From positions 1 to 35,404 of IMG/VR virus record IMGVR_UViG_3300012667_000122: DNA of 35,404 bases. The stretch is one strand, 5' to 3'. The stretch comes from a virus (lineage: Duplodnaviria; Caudoviricetes). Position numbers and translations under genes: made by a program. The notes beneath the pieces were generated by a model. That model had not been told where the DNA came from, did no database searches, and saw only the letters and a list, made by a program, of their open reading frames with translations. Of the stretch, positions 16,759 through 24,697 are shown piece after piece. Position 1 is the stretch's first letter. Each line of letters opens with the position of its first letter.

Positions 16759-17130
16759 ATGAACAACTTATCAGCAACAGGTAATATCGGAAGTGATGCA
16801 GAAGTACGTCACACGGCAAGCGGTGCAGTAATTACATCATGGTCATTCGCATTGTCATCAGGATATGGTGATAAACGTAAGACTACATGGCTACGCTGCA
16901 ACCTATTTGGAGATCGTGGTGAGAAGTTAGCGCCAATGCTTTTAAAAGGCACACAAGTGGCAGTAAACGGTGAGATTTCTTTAAATGAATATGTCGCTAA
17001 GGATGGGACAAATAAATCGTCTATCGAGCTTAATGTGAGCAACGTAACATTGCTTGGTAAAAAAGATGCAGCGCTTACTACAAAAGTAGCACAAATTGCA
17101 GAAGAAATTGAAAGTGATATTCCATTTTAG
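16759..17130 (+). CDS. ssb: Single-stranded DNA-binding protein
   Basis: GNIG.DAE.R, T.W.RC..FG and KG.QV.V.G motifs; acidic DIPF tail. Confidence 0.93.
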   Translation: MNNLSATGNIGSDAEVRHTASGAVITSWSFALSSGYGDKRKTTWLRCNLFGDRGEKLAPMLLKGTQVAVNGEISLNEYVAKDGTNKSSIELNVSNVTLLGKKDAALTTKVAQIAEEIESDIPF

Positions 17131-17138
17131 ATTAAATT

Positions 17139-17177
17139 TTCTAGCCTCTTAACTGCTAATTTAGAGGAAAGCTAGAA
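17139..17177 (+). other. Hairpin directly before RNA copy B
   Basis: TTCTAGC-CTCT...AGAG-GAAA-GCTAGAA. Confidence 0.45.
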
Positions 17178-17256
17178 GGCCGAAAGCGGATGCGGTCTGG
17201 TCAAATTCCAGTTCCTGAATATAAATTGGTAGCATTTTCCGTGCAGCGAGTAGGCC
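17178..17256 (+). ncRNA. Structured RNA motif, copy B
   Basis: GGCC-GAAAGCGGATGC...GCAGCGAGTA-GGCC. Confidence 0.6.
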
Positions 17257-17264
17257 ACCTTTTA

Positions 17265-17340
17265 TGGGGGAAAGCATATTTGTCTGGTAGCCCAGACCTC
17301 AATATCTTGTGATTATTTTATTGAACCTGTGAGTACCCCA
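17265..17340 (+). ncRNA. Structured RNA motif, copy C (variant)
   Basis: TGGGG-GAAAGCA...TGTGAGTA-CCCCA; internal GTCTGG/CCAGAC hairpin. Confidence 0.5.
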
Positions 17341-17357
17341 CCACTTACGAGAGCATT

Positions 17358-17852
17358 ATGGATAACAGCAGAGCAAAACAGATTTACCAGTCAGATCAAA
17401 AAAAGCAGTTGATATATGATGTATTGACTAAACATGAAAAACTAACGTCTGCAGAATTGGTTAGAGTTACTGGCCTTGATAAGTTTCATAGCATCAACAC
17501 AGCAAAAAAAATGATTGAAGATGGTGTGCTGTCTGAAACAAAAGTATTCTGTGATGAAACTAAGAGATGGTCTTTAAAGTTTGCGTTGACTGGTAAAGAG
17601 TTTAGGGCAAAGACATACGAAGAGTCGCTTGCATTCTTGAAGGAGTCAATTGCTAACCAAAATAGAAAAGTTGCAAAAGGCAAGTTTGATGAATTGATTG
17701 CAGCAAATCCTAACTTGCGTAAGTTTCATGGAAAGACATCGCTGCTAGAAACAAAGGATAAAGAATACTTTAAGTCTGGACTAAAGACTAAGGTAAATAG
17801 GGGAATAGCATCCACATGGGGGATGTTTGATTCTGCAACAGGATTTGATTAG
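17358..17852 (+). CDS. Winged-HTH-like DNA-binding protein
   Basis: IYDVL.....LTSAEL...TGL......MIEDG.L pattern. Confidence 0.6.
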   Translation: MDNSRAKQIYQSDQKKQLIYDVLTKHEKLTSAELVRVTGLDKFHSINTAKKMIEDGVLSETKVFCDETKRWSLKFALTGKEFRAKTYEESLAFLKESIANQNRKVAKGKFDELIAANPNLRKFHGKTSLLETKDKEYFKSGLKTKVNRGIASTWGMFDSATGFD

Positions 17853-17860
17853 GAGGCAAT

Positions 17861-18082
17861 ATGGCAACGTACAATGACGTAACTGGGGATGCTTTAGTAT
17901 CACGAACTCTTACAGAAGAGGGAGCTAAATCGTTTGATCGTATTTTTGGTGAGAAGAAAAAGAAAACTAATGGTGGCTGGACTCCACCGCCATTACCACT
18001 TAACGAGTATCCTAATCAGGACTGGCCCGAAGAAAGGGTCGATGTGATAGGGGCTAATGGTAATGACGGCTTACACTACTAG
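17861..18082 (+). CDS. Conserved phage hypothetical protein
   Basis: AGGAGG RBS; NDVTGD..S, FDRIFG and IG.NGNDGLHY motifs. Confidence 0.7.
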   Translation: MATYNDVTGDALVSRTLTEEGAKSFDRIFGEKKKKTNGGWTPPPLPLNEYPNQDWPEERVDVIGANGNDGLHY

Positions 18083-18091
18083 GAGATTATT

Positions 18092-18322
18092 ATGTTTGTA
18101 TTACAAGTATTAGGTGGAGTATTTGTTGCGCTTATTTTATCTGGAATCATTTCGTGGATTATTTGTATGGCTGTTGATATTGGTCGTAGCAAATCTGAGA
18201 TAGAAATTTTAGAAACTAGAGTTACTCGCTTAGAATCTGTATTAATTAATCAATTGAAATGTAACAAAGATAAATTAGAAGAAGAAAAAAAGATAGCAAT
18301 TTGCAAGCTAAAGAAAAAGTAA
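18092..18322 (+). CDS. Membrane-anchored coiled-coil protein
   Basis: AGGAG RBS; N-terminal TM segment. Confidence 0.65.
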   Translation: MFVLQVLGGVFVALILSGIISWIICMAVDIGRSKSEIEILETRVTRLESVLINQLKCNKDKLEEEKKIAICKLKKK

Positions 18323-18336
18323 AATATACTTTACAT

Positions 18337-18403
18337 AAAAAACCCCTCAGGGTGCGCTTATCTCTATGCTAGCAGTCTAGAGGCGTGAGGGGTGGTAGTA
18401 TCA
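18337..18403 (-). terminator. Long-stem intrinsic terminator downstream of pqqA
   Basis: ACCCCTCA/TGAGGGGT with inner CGC/GCG and CTCTA/TAGAG pairs, then a U-run on the minus strand. Confidence 0.65.
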
Positions 18404-18447
18404 GCTAAAGTTCTAGCTGGCACAAATCGAATTGTTATTATAACAAA

Positions 18448-18519
18448 TTAACGATTGCAAATATACATGGTTACTTCAAAGCCGAAACGCATTTCAGTTG
18501 CTGATGGTTTTGTCCACAT
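18448..18519 (-). CDS. pqqA: Coenzyme PQQ precursor peptide PqqA (23 aa)
   Basis: MWTKPSATEMRFGFEVTMYICNR has the W..P....R.G.EVT.Y..NR signature with E-x3-Y; AGGAG RBS at 18526-18530; not in track. Confidence 0.95.
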   Translation of the reverse strand: MWTKPSATEMRFGFEVTMYICNR

Positions 18520-18664
18520 AATGTTCTCCTAAGTTTAAAAAATAGCTGAGATCTCAACTATTAGTTTACAGTTTGAACCTATTTTAAACAGTACGCATCA
18601 AGATAATCATTAATAAAAGCTATCAATAAACATTGATTGATAAAAATATTTGTGTATTTTATTT

Positions 18665-18702
18665 TAAAAAAGTGTTGCACTAATTAAAAATATATATAGA
18701 AT
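18665..18702 (+). promoter_or_regulatory. Early promoter 2
   Basis: TAAAAAAGTG-TTGCAC-N16-TAGAAT. Confidence 0.6.
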
Positions 18703-18741
18703 TGCAACTGTAGTAACTTTTTAATTATCTTGGAGAAGAAA

Positions 18742-18933
18742 ATGGTTTCATTATCACAAGCAGTTATGAAGGCAGAAGCGCTAGGTCAATTAGTTGTTAA
18801 AGTTGTTTACTTTAATAATTCTGTTGAGTATTATGTACACCAATCAATGCCTGATAAAAATGAATACATTCCAGATGGCTATCAAGGCAAAATAGTGTTA
18901 GTTGAGGATTTTAGTCAGGAGTTTGCATTTTAA
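18742..18933 (+). CDS. Hypothetical protein
   Basis: GGAG RBS before ATG 18742. Confidence 0.6.
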   Translation: MVSLSQAVMKAEALGQLVVKVVYFNNSVEYYVHQSMPDKNEYIPDGYQGKIVLVEDFSQEFAF

Positions 18934-19286
18934 TGATTGAACAATTTTTTATTGCTGCAACAGAACTTATCGCAATGTACCTGATGCAGTCCAATAAATA
19001 CACGGATCGTAAGTATTCGTCTATTTTTGGGCTGTTAGGTCAACCATTTTGGTTTTATGCATCATACACACATGAGCAATGGGGATCTTTGTTTATTGGA
19101 TTTTTCTTTACAGCTCTATGGGTTAAAAACTTTAAATCTTACTGGATTGATCCACCAGAAAGAAAATTAAAACCAAAAGAATATTACTCTGTGATTATGG
19201 ATGCAGTATCTGAAATTAAAACATCTAAACTAGATAAATCAGATTTTATTGATAGAGTGTTAAAAGAAGCTCTTAACATTAAATAA
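18933..19286 (+). CDS. Small multi-pass membrane protein
   Basis: About 3 hydrophobic segments, GL.GQPFWFY motif; TAATG coupling. Confidence 0.65.
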   Translation: MIEQFFIAATELIAMYLMQSNKYTDRKYSSIFGLLGQPFWFYASYTHEQWGSLFIGFFFTALWVKNFKSYWIDPPERKLKPKEYYSVIMDAVSEIKTSKLDKSDFIDRVLKEALNIK

Positions 19287-20411
19287 CTATTTAAGTAAAC
19301 CTTCTAACCATGCCCATTCTGGAAGTAATCCAGCTTTTTGATTTGCATATATTGTATTAGCTGGATCTGACAATTGATTTTGTTTTCCATATCTACCAAA
19401 ATTTACCCATGAATTTTGACCACGAGTTTCACTTGTTAAAGCTGGCAACGCTTCTGGAGAAAACATTTTTGCATGAGATTGATATGCATTTTCTTCTCCA
19501 GCAGATCTAAATCCAACGCCTTTTTTTGCATGACCAAATACATCATGTACAGCTCTAAACATATCGTTAGCTAGTACATTTTGTCCGCCCCATTTTTCAC
19601 CAGTTTTTTGCAGTAATGGATTTGCTTGTGATGATGTAGTTAATGAACCAAAACCTTGCTCTGTAGGATATACAGCAAGATTTTTATTTAAGATAATATC
19701 GTTAATGGCATTTCTTGGATTGCCATATGGATCTACACCTTGTGGCATAAATTCAAATTTATATCCAGCTTTTCTTAATGCTTCATATTGATCTTGAGTT
19801 TCTTTGACTAAAGCATCGTATGATTTTTTTACTTTTGGATCTGATGGATTATTAATCATTTTTTCATATGCATTAGCTAATTTTTTTCCACGAACTGGAT
19901 CTACAGATGCATATATAGTTTGCTCTGTATATGGCAATCCTTTATCAGCAGCATATTGCTTTGCCAAATCTACAATACGTTGATCAGTTCCAAACTGCTC
20001 AATTCTTCCACCGCCCATGTCAATATTAGTTGGCATACCTTGTAAAGTAGAACCACGATATTTTTCTGGTGGCAATACATACATTCTCATATCTGGACTA
20101 TATTTACCAAATACGCCAGTACCCTCTTCAATTTGTTTTGCAATCTGACGAGCGCCAGCAGTAGCACCTTTTCCAATAGCTTTAGATGCAGTTTTTGCAG
20201 CAATAGGTAAATTAGGCAAGCTACCTAATGGCGTAAGCTCAGGAGCTAAACCTTGAAGTTTACTTGCATCCCATAATTCACCTAGCACACCAGTTACATT
20301 ACGGCCTGTATTAAATTGTGCTGGATCTGGCTTGCGCCTTGATAATGCCATAGCAGTAGGAATGCTAGGATCAAAAATCTGTCCAGTTTGCGGATCAATT
20401 AATACTGCCAT
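19287..20411 (-). CDS. Putative virion-associated protein with a C-terminal HDxxGH domain
   Basis: GAGG RBS; low-complexity N-terminus; NDMFRAVHDVFGH...GEENA...SETRGQNSW. Confidence 0.7.
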   Translation of the reverse strand: MAVLIDPQTGQIFDPSIPTAMALSRRKPDPAQFNTGRNVTGVLGELWDASKLQGLAPELTPLGSLPNLPIAAKTASKAIGKGATAGARQIAKQIEEGTGVFGKYSPDMRMYVLPPEKYRGSTLQGMPTNIDMGGGRIEQFGTDQRIVDLAKQYAADKGLPYTEQTIYASVDPVRGKKLANAYEKMINNPSDPKVKKSYDALVKETQDQYEALRKAGYKFEFMPQGVDPYGNPRNAINDIILNKNLAVYPTEQGFGSLTTSSQANPLLQKTGEKWGGQNVLANDMFRAVHDVFGHAKKGVGFRSAGEENAYQSHAKMFSPEALPALTSETRGQNSWVNFGRYGKQNQLSDPANTIYANQKAGLLPEWAWLEGLLK

Positions 20412-20420
20412 AATGCACCT

Positions 20421-21197
20421 CTAATAATTATATCGTTCTTTTAAAAACTTAATACTCACAGCCATCTCATCAAATGCACCATCATGTACATCATGTAGCA
20501 CATAGAACCCACGCCAATGTTGATTACCTTGTGCGCCCATGTATGCTTCTGAGTGTTCATAAAATGATCCTGCAATTATTGCAGTCATTTCCTGCCCATC
20601 GGCTCTTCTGCCATAAGAAATTTGTCTGCCTTGCTGGTGACCTGCAAAACAGCTCATGTGCTTTTTAGTGAGTAATGCAGCAGCAGTAGTAATTGGTCTG
20701 CCCATCACGCCTGACGTAAAATAGTGCGAGTACGCTATGCCGTCTATGGTAACCACCTGTAGGAACGGTATTACTTCCCAGTCCTGATAAGGTAGATCAT
20801 CGGTAGAGATAAGACCGTCAAGTTTACGATCTTCATTAATAGCTCTATCAATTCTGTGTTCATGATTGCCTAGCGTTAAAACCATTCTTGGTTTGTATTG
20901 TTTGTGCTTATTCTTTTTTGCAGTCTTATTATGTCTGTATAAAGGCTCTAGCAACGCATCCATAGCCTCACGAGCAGCCCATAAATCTTTATTGTAGCTT
21001 CTACCCTCAAAAGATTTTAAACCTCTGTCATAGGTGCTTAACGATTCCATGTCTGCGAAATCACCTATGCAAATTATTGTGTCTGGCTGCTTTTCAACTA
21101 TAAAGTTACCTAAGCACTTTAGGTATGTAAAATCGTTTCCATCTTTTGCTTGTACGTCTGGTATCACCAAGTGGGTGATAGTTTTTTTGGTTTCCAT
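20421..21197 (-). CDS. Calcineurin-like metallophosphoesterase
   Basis: HLVIPD.Q, IGDFAD, LGNHE, SH and GH motifs. Confidence 0.88.
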   Translation of the reverse strand: METKKTITHLVIPDVQAKDGNDFTYLKCLGNFIVEKQPDTIICIGDFADMESLSTYDRGLKSFEGRSYNKDLWAAREAMDALLEPLYRHNKTAKKNKHKQYKPRMVLTLGNHEHRIDRAINEDRKLDGLISTDDLPYQDWEVIPFLQVVTIDGIAYSHYFTSGVMGRPITTAAALLTKKHMSCFAGHQQGRQISYGRRADGQEMTAIIAGSFYEHSEAYMGAQGNQHWRGFYVLHDVHDGAFDEMAVSIKFLKERYNY

Positions 21198-21206
21198 GAC
21201 CTCTCG

Positions 21207-21662
21207 CTATTGAATAAGTAGTTGATCTTCAATCCATTTCTGTAGATATAATAGCTGTAAAACGTCAGAAGCGCAATCTAAGGCAATATCTCTTGTGGTA
21301 TCAGGTAGACTGCTTTCGGTTTTTGCATCAACTGAGTTGGTGGCGCTTTGAACTTTGGACACTCTACTGATTGCGGAATTGTTGAGCAAGCGTTTAGTGT
21401 TAGCAGCGTAATGAGAATTAAGCTTCTTGATAGCATCTTCGTATTCCCTTGTGATGTTTTCATTTATTTTTTGCTGTTTTATAGCAAGTTCTGCATTCTT
21501 TTGCTGCTGAACCTTTGCATTTGCCTCTATTTGCAATTTAAAGGCATCAAATTCACGTTTTTGTGATGAATAGCCCTTGTAGTATCCAAACGCAAAAATA
21601 AACGCTAATGCGAACACTATTGCAGCCTGTTTCCAGTACATTTTTAAAAAAGTTAATATCAC
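21207..21662 (-). CDS. Inner-membrane spanin (Rz-like)
   Basis: N-terminal TM plus coiled coil, downstream of endolysin and holin. Confidence 0.75.
   Translation of the reverse strand: MILTFLKMYWKQAAIVFALAFIFAFGYYKGYSSQKREFDAFKLQIEANAKVQQQKNAELAIKQQKINENITREYEDAIKKLNSHYAANTKRLLNNSAISRVSKVQSATNSVDAKTESSLPDTTRDIALDCASDVLQLLYLQKWIEDQLLIQ
21278..21436 (-). CDS. Outer-membrane spanin lipoprotein (Rz1-like), embedded in Rz
   Basis: MLSRSLILITLLTLNA-C lipobox; Pro-rich mature part; alternate frame inside Rz. Confidence 0.75.
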   Translation of the reverse strand: MLSRSLILITLLTLNACSTIPQSVECPKFKAPPTQLMQKPKAVYLIPQEILP

Positions 21663-21850
21663 TTCTCTAATCCGTTAGTTGATATAAATCTAAGCACTAC
21701 ATTAACGCCAGCAACGATAGCGATTAACGTCAAAAAGGTAGCAGGATTAAAATAACCCTCTACCAAAGATAACGAAGCCTCAATTGCTGCACCCATTGCA
21801 ACGAGTACATTGAACCATAGCGTCTTAGATTTATACCATTTTTTTCTCAA
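21659..21850 (-). CDS. Holin
   Basis: KKWYKSKTLWFN, two TM segments, N..LR..; adjacent to the endolysin. Confidence 0.75.
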   Translation of the reverse strand: MRKKWYKSKTLWFNVLVAMGAAIEASLSLVEGYFNPATFLTLIAIVAGVNVVLRFISTNGLEK

Positions 21851-22260
21851 AATGTTTTACCTGCTTGAAAGTCTGAAAGTTTTAATCCATTCGTAAACTG
21901 ACAATGAGCAAGCTCTTTAAACTTAACCCAACGGCCTGCCCACTCTAATCCAACTTTTTCTGCAATCTCACCACACTTGGTAAATGTTTTTACATCAGAC
22001 CATTGAGCTTTGCCATGAACAAGAGGCACAAAATCAAAAGCAACACGCCAGTTATGATAAGACTGTCCACCTCTAGCATTGGTGACAATTTTGCCAGCAG
22101 TTGTTCTACCTTGTGCGTACAGAGCGTTTTGGCTTTCAGCATTCCTGTATGTGCTTGTGATAAGAATATCAATGCCTTGCTTTTTACACTCTTCAATGAA
22201 TTTTTCACATAGAACCTTTACTTTAGGATTAAGATCTTCTAGCTTTCTACTGTTAATCAT
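21847..22260 (-). CDS. Endolysin, peptidase M15 (L-Ala-D-Glu peptidase-like)
   Basis: TYR...QNALYAQGRT..GKIVTNA.GGQS.HN...AFD, GLEW.G.W....E..H; start likely MINSRK. Confidence 0.9.
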   Translation of the reverse strand: MINSRKLEDLNPKVKVLCEKFIEECKKQGIDILITSTYRNAESQNALYAQGRTTAGKIVTNARGGQSYHNWRVAFDFVPLVHGKAQWSDVKTFTKCGEIAEKVGLEWAGRWVKFKELAHCQFTNGLKLSDFQAGKTF

Positions 22261-22444
22261 CAAACTCTGGTCTTTCATTAATCTGCATGGTTAAACCATA
22301 TTCACCTTCAAATATGCACACCTCTTTTTGATCGTCTAAAAATATAACTAGCTCATCATCAAAGATTGCTACCTCTTCAATAGTTCTACCAATCATGCTT
22401 TCAAAATAATCTTGAACTGTACCTCTAAGTTTGTGAACGGTCAT
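22253..22444 (-). CDS. Acidic hypothetical protein
   Basis: Overlaps the endolysin start. Confidence 0.6.
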   Translation of the reverse strand: MTVHKLRGTVQDYFESMIGRTIEEVAIFDDELVIFLDDQKEVCIFEGEYGLTMQINERPEFDD

Positions 22445-22604
22445 TTGGCATCTCTATCAAAACTCCCTCATCAATAAGCTCAAGTGTAAGCTCATTATCA
22501 GCAAGGCATAGGTCACAGGTATTTTCATCGCCTTCTACATTAATGATAAAGGCAGTATTACATTTATCGCATAAACAAATACGATTAATAAATGATTGTT
22601 TCAC
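22425..22604 (-). CDS. 59-aa Zn-ribbon-like protein
   Basis: GTG start; CLCDKC...TCDLC; not in track. Confidence 0.55.
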   Translation of the reverse strand: MKQSFINRICLCDKCNTAFIINVEGDENTCDLCLADNELTLELIDEGVLIEMPNDRSQT

Positions 22605-22780
22605 AGTTTAATAGTCCATCCATGTGCTGCAGCCCACAAGTAAACAAGTACAGCTAATCCCATTGCTGAGATACCTTTAAGAGTCCACTTACCAAGTACA
22701 ATAAATTGTTTGTCTAGCCACTCAGATATTGCTTCTTTAATAGCTTCTTTATGCAGGTCTTTTTGTTCATCTGGTGTCAT
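22601..22780 (-). CDS. 59-aa membrane protein
   Basis: MTPDEQKDLHKEAIKEAISEWLDKQF..GKWTLKG followed by a TM segment; not in track. Confidence 0.65.
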   Translation of the reverse strand: MTPDEQKDLHKEAIKEAISEWLDKQFIVLGKWTLKGISAMGLAVLVYLWAAAHGWTIKL

Positions 22781-22781
22781 A

Positions 22782-24689
22782 TTATTGTCCGCCTAATAAT
22801 GGTAATAGTTCCCCTAGCAAGCCACCATAGGTTGCAGGATTTGTTGCGATGCCGCCTTGACTACCTGACTGCATCATCTGTAAAATTTTTGACTGCTCTG
22901 AAGCGTTTGGATTAAACAATCTTTGTTGCATAATTGCAGCAACATCTGGCCTTACTCCGCCAGCTCTTGATGCGCCTTGACGAACTGCTCTCATGGCTGC
23001 ACCACCAAAGTCACCTCTAGCAACGTCAGTCATCATTCCAAGATCTTCTGTGATTGTGGCGCGTTCCTGTGTTTCAGATCCGCCACGAACTTTCTTATAT
23101 GTCTTCATCAATTCACCTTGTGCATCAACCTGACGTACAAAGTCTTTATATTGTCCTTCAGAATCAAAGGCATATTTTAAAGATTCTTTTTGACGTTCTG
23201 ATTTGAATACTAAGCGAGTTGGATCGCCACCCTTGAATTTTGACATTTTATCTTTGATGTCTGAAAGCATACCTACACGGAAAGATTCTTTTTCTGCTGG
23301 AGTCATCTTTTTAAGTTTAGCTGCAAGCTCAGATGTTTCCATCTTCATGTAATCCAAGCCATCATTGTAAGATGATTTTAGTTTTGCAATGTCTGCAAAT
23401 TTAGCGTTAGCATTAGCGTAGTCTTTATTGTAGTATTTAATGATGTCATTAAACTCTTTTTTAATCTTTGCAACATCTGAACCATAGCCAGACATCTTGC
23501 CAGTTAGGTTGTCTGTTTCTTTTTCAATTACGTCATCAAGCCCCTTTTTAATTTCATGAAGGATTTGAGTATTAATGAATTGAGCGTTACGAATTTGATC
23601 TAGTGCTGGAAGTCTTTGTCCATACACATCCGCACGTTTTACTGCCTCTTCATATGCCTTAGCAAACACATCGCGGTCAACGTATTTTCTGAATGGTGTA
23701 GCAGGTAGGTCTTTTGCGTAAGCTGCAGGATAAGCTTTCTTAGCAGCAGCATCTTGTGCATCAGCTAACTCAGTTACATAGTCAAAGCCAAATTTACCTT
23801 GTGATTTTACACCAGATTTTTCTTCTAAGCCTTTAACTAAATTGTTAGCAAGCTCTTCTTGTCTGCTATCTAGGAACTTAGCAGTAGCTGTCTTTTCTGT
23901 GCTAGGTACGATATATGAGGCATAACCAGCGCCACGCAAGTTTTCACCTACGTCTGCAATAACTGGGCTAGGAACGCCAAGTCTGCGATATTCATCAAGC
24001 ATCTGAGTCACTTGGTCTGGAGTTAAGTTTTCTTTTTGGAAGTATTCTTGTAGCTTGCGTGTAGCAACTTTATTTGCGTTAGTAAAACCAGCAGCATCAA
24101 AAATATTTCTGATAGCAGTACCACCAAGTTTTGCTGCAGCAGGAACTGTAGCACCTAGTGCAAGGCCAGCAGCGCCATAACCAGCAGCAGATGCAGGAAC
24201 GTCAGCCATCTCTGGAGCAACACCAGCTCCTGTAACAGCACCAGCACCTAAACCAGCAATACCACCAGCCCTAGCAGCACCTAACATACCACTTCCAGCC
24301 TTGATAGCTGTGCCAGCAGCACCTATAGGCAATCCTAAACCACCAACAACTTCAAGGCCAGTCTGTGTAACAGGATAGTCTTTACCGAATTGTGCTTGTT
24401 GCGCTCTTAAACGATCACGAATTGTTCTGTAGTCTTCATCGCTAAATGGCGCACGAACACCAGCCTCTAGCTCTTCACCAAAGCCCATTAAAGCACCTTG
24501 ACCAAGTAACGCACGAGCTGCCTCAGCACCGCCACTATAAGGAACTCCAGCTAGTGCAGCCTCTTCTGCTGCAATCTCTTCTGGTCTAAATCGTTTTGCT
24601 GTAACTGGAACTGTAGGAGCATTTACTAAAAAACCCTCTGGAGTTCTGGTAATACTTTCATCTATAGGTTGATCTGTATCCCATCCCAT
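22782..24689 (-). CDS. DNA ejection / internal virion protein (gp16-like position)
   Basis: GQGA..GFGEELEAG, Gly/Ala-rich hydrophobic segment, helical C-terminal domain. Confidence 0.7.
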   Translation of the reverse strand: MGWDTDQPIDESITRTPEGFLVNAPTVPVTAKRFRPEEIAAEEAALAGVPYSGGAEAARALLGQGALMGFGEELEAGVRAPFSDEDYRTIRDRLRAQQAQFGKDYPVTQTGLEVVGGLGLPIGAAGTAIKAGSGMLGAARAGGIAGLGAGAVTGAGVAPEMADVPASAAGYGAAGLALGATVPAAAKLGGTAIRNIFDAAGFTNANKVATRKLQEYFQKENLTPDQVTQMLDEYRRLGVPSPVIADVGENLRGAGYASYIVPSTEKTATAKFLDSRQEELANNLVKGLEEKSGVKSQGKFGFDYVTELADAQDAAAKKAYPAAYAKDLPATPFRKYVDRDVFAKAYEEAVKRADVYGQRLPALDQIRNAQFINTQILHEIKKGLDDVIEKETDNLTGKMSGYGSDVAKIKKEFNDIIKYYNKDYANANAKFADIAKLKSSYNDGLDYMKMETSELAAKLKKMTPAEKESFRVGMLSDIKDKMSKFKGGDPTRLVFKSERQKESLKYAFDSEGQYKDFVRQVDAQGELMKTYKKVRGGSETQERATITEDLGMMTDVARGDFGGAAMRAVRQGASRAGGVRPDVAAIMQQRLFNPNASEQSKILQMMQSGSQGGIATNPATYGGLLGELLPLLGGQ

Positions 24690-24697
24690 AATAACTC

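Noticed and set aside
17131-17357. CRISPR mini-array or tRNA cluster
   Set aside because: No identical regularly spaced repeats; the T-arm-like CTGG-TCAAATT-CCAG lacks the rest of a tRNA
18323-18730. Full pqq operon or methanol dehydrogenase
   Set aside because: Only pqqA is present; neighbouring ORFs show no PqqB-E or XoxF motifs
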